In this document: piece after piece, positions 31,686-32,000 of the stretch
Position numbering within the stretch: the first letter of the stretch is position 1
How the letters are laid out: every line of letters begins with the position of its first letter
Source of the DNA: Candidatus Iainarchaeum sp.
GTDB taxonomy: Archaea > Iainarchaeota > Iainarchaeia > Iainarchaeales > JACQJH01
NCBI GenBank assembly: GCA_016205145.1
Contig: JACQJH010000002.1
Coordinates: forward strand, 570,001 to 602,000
Direction of reading: 5' to 3'
DNA length: 32,000 nucleotides
Notes under the pieces: model-generated
The model's input: only the letters and a program-made list of their open reading frames with translations
Told to the model about the DNA's origin: nothing
Databases searched by the model: none
Translations under genes and position numbers: made by a program

Positions 31686-32000
31686 TTGGGAGTCTTTGAT
31701 GTTCCGGCCGGAAGGCTGATAGAGGAAGTTGCCAAGTCCTTGAAGGAAAACAATTACCCTAAACCGGAGTGGACGGAGTTCGTCAAGACCGGCATGAACA
31801 GGGAGAGGGCGCCTGACAGCCCCGACTGGTGGTATTACAGGAGCGCTTCCGTATTGTACAGGATTTTCAAGGAAGGCAACCTCGGAACAGGAAGACTGCG
31901 CACTTATTACGGCGGAAGGAAAAACCGCGGCGTGAAGCCGGAACACGTTTACAAGGCTTCGGGCAAGATTATCCGCTCCACATTGCAGGAGCTTGAAAAG
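31686..32000 (+). CDS. rps19e: Ribosomal protein S19e (eS19), 3' end outside window
   Basis: My own translation: (M)GVFDVPAGRLIEEVAKSLKENNYPKPEWTEFVKTGMNRERAPDSPDWWYYRSASVLYRIF...YYGGRKNRGVKPEH...LQELEK. In-frame TGA at 31680-31682, so the start is TTG 31686. The ORF runs off the window and is therefore absent from the ORF track. Confidence 0.85.
   Translation, partial: MGVFDVPAGRLIEEVAKSLKENNYPKPEWTEFVKTGMNRERAPDSPDWWYYRSASVLYRIFKEGNLGTGRLRTYYGGRKNRGVKPEHVYKASGKIIRSTLQELEK

Noticed and set aside
31676-31719. C/D-box sRNA-like spacing (GTGATGA ... TTGATGT ... CTGA)
   Set aside because: There is no D' box and no terminal stem. The segment overlaps the conserved N-terminus and start of rps19e, so it is most likely a chance match.

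Overview
Archaeal chromosomal segment, roughly 50% G+C, dense with translation, RNA-processing and DNA-repair housekeeping genes. Recognisable products are ABCE1 (partial) next to Pelota, Elp3, Taw3, ThpR, class I CCA-adding enzyme, aEF-1beta with its Zn-ribbon neighbour, Rad50, S17e, RpoK, a circularly permuted YlqF-type GTPase, Pth2, NurA-HerA, Hjc, archaeal DnaG, Tmk, RNase P Rpp21, YhbY and S19e (partial). There are also several secreted or membrane proteins and a lone type IV pilus/archaellum-type ATPase. Four tRNA genes are present: Arg-TCG, Gly-GCC, Val-TAC and Gly-TCC. Three of them carry long introns at the canonical 37/38 position with good bulge-helix-bulge (BHB) geometry, and those introns are related to each other. 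Three things are not explained by ordinary annotation. (1) A mosaic family of GC-rich hairpin modules fills nearly every non-coding stretch next to the tRNA genes and a few other intergenic gaps. It includes an 85-nt repeat with 2 mismatches, a roughly 85-nt two-hairpin module with compensatory base changes, a recurrent TTTCGT-loop hairpin, a 36-nt AT-rich palindrome downstream of both tRNA-Gly genes, and a duplicated tRNA-Arg 3' end. (2) An intact roughly 495-aa ORF looks like a severely reduced, catalytically degenerate family B DNA polymerase. (3) A roughly 1 kb AT-rich island carries a free-standing LAGLIDADG homing endonuclease that overlaps the pth2 start codon. No CRISPR array, rRNA or recognisable defence operon was seen. 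All calls rest on reading the sequence and remembered family motifs; no database search was run.
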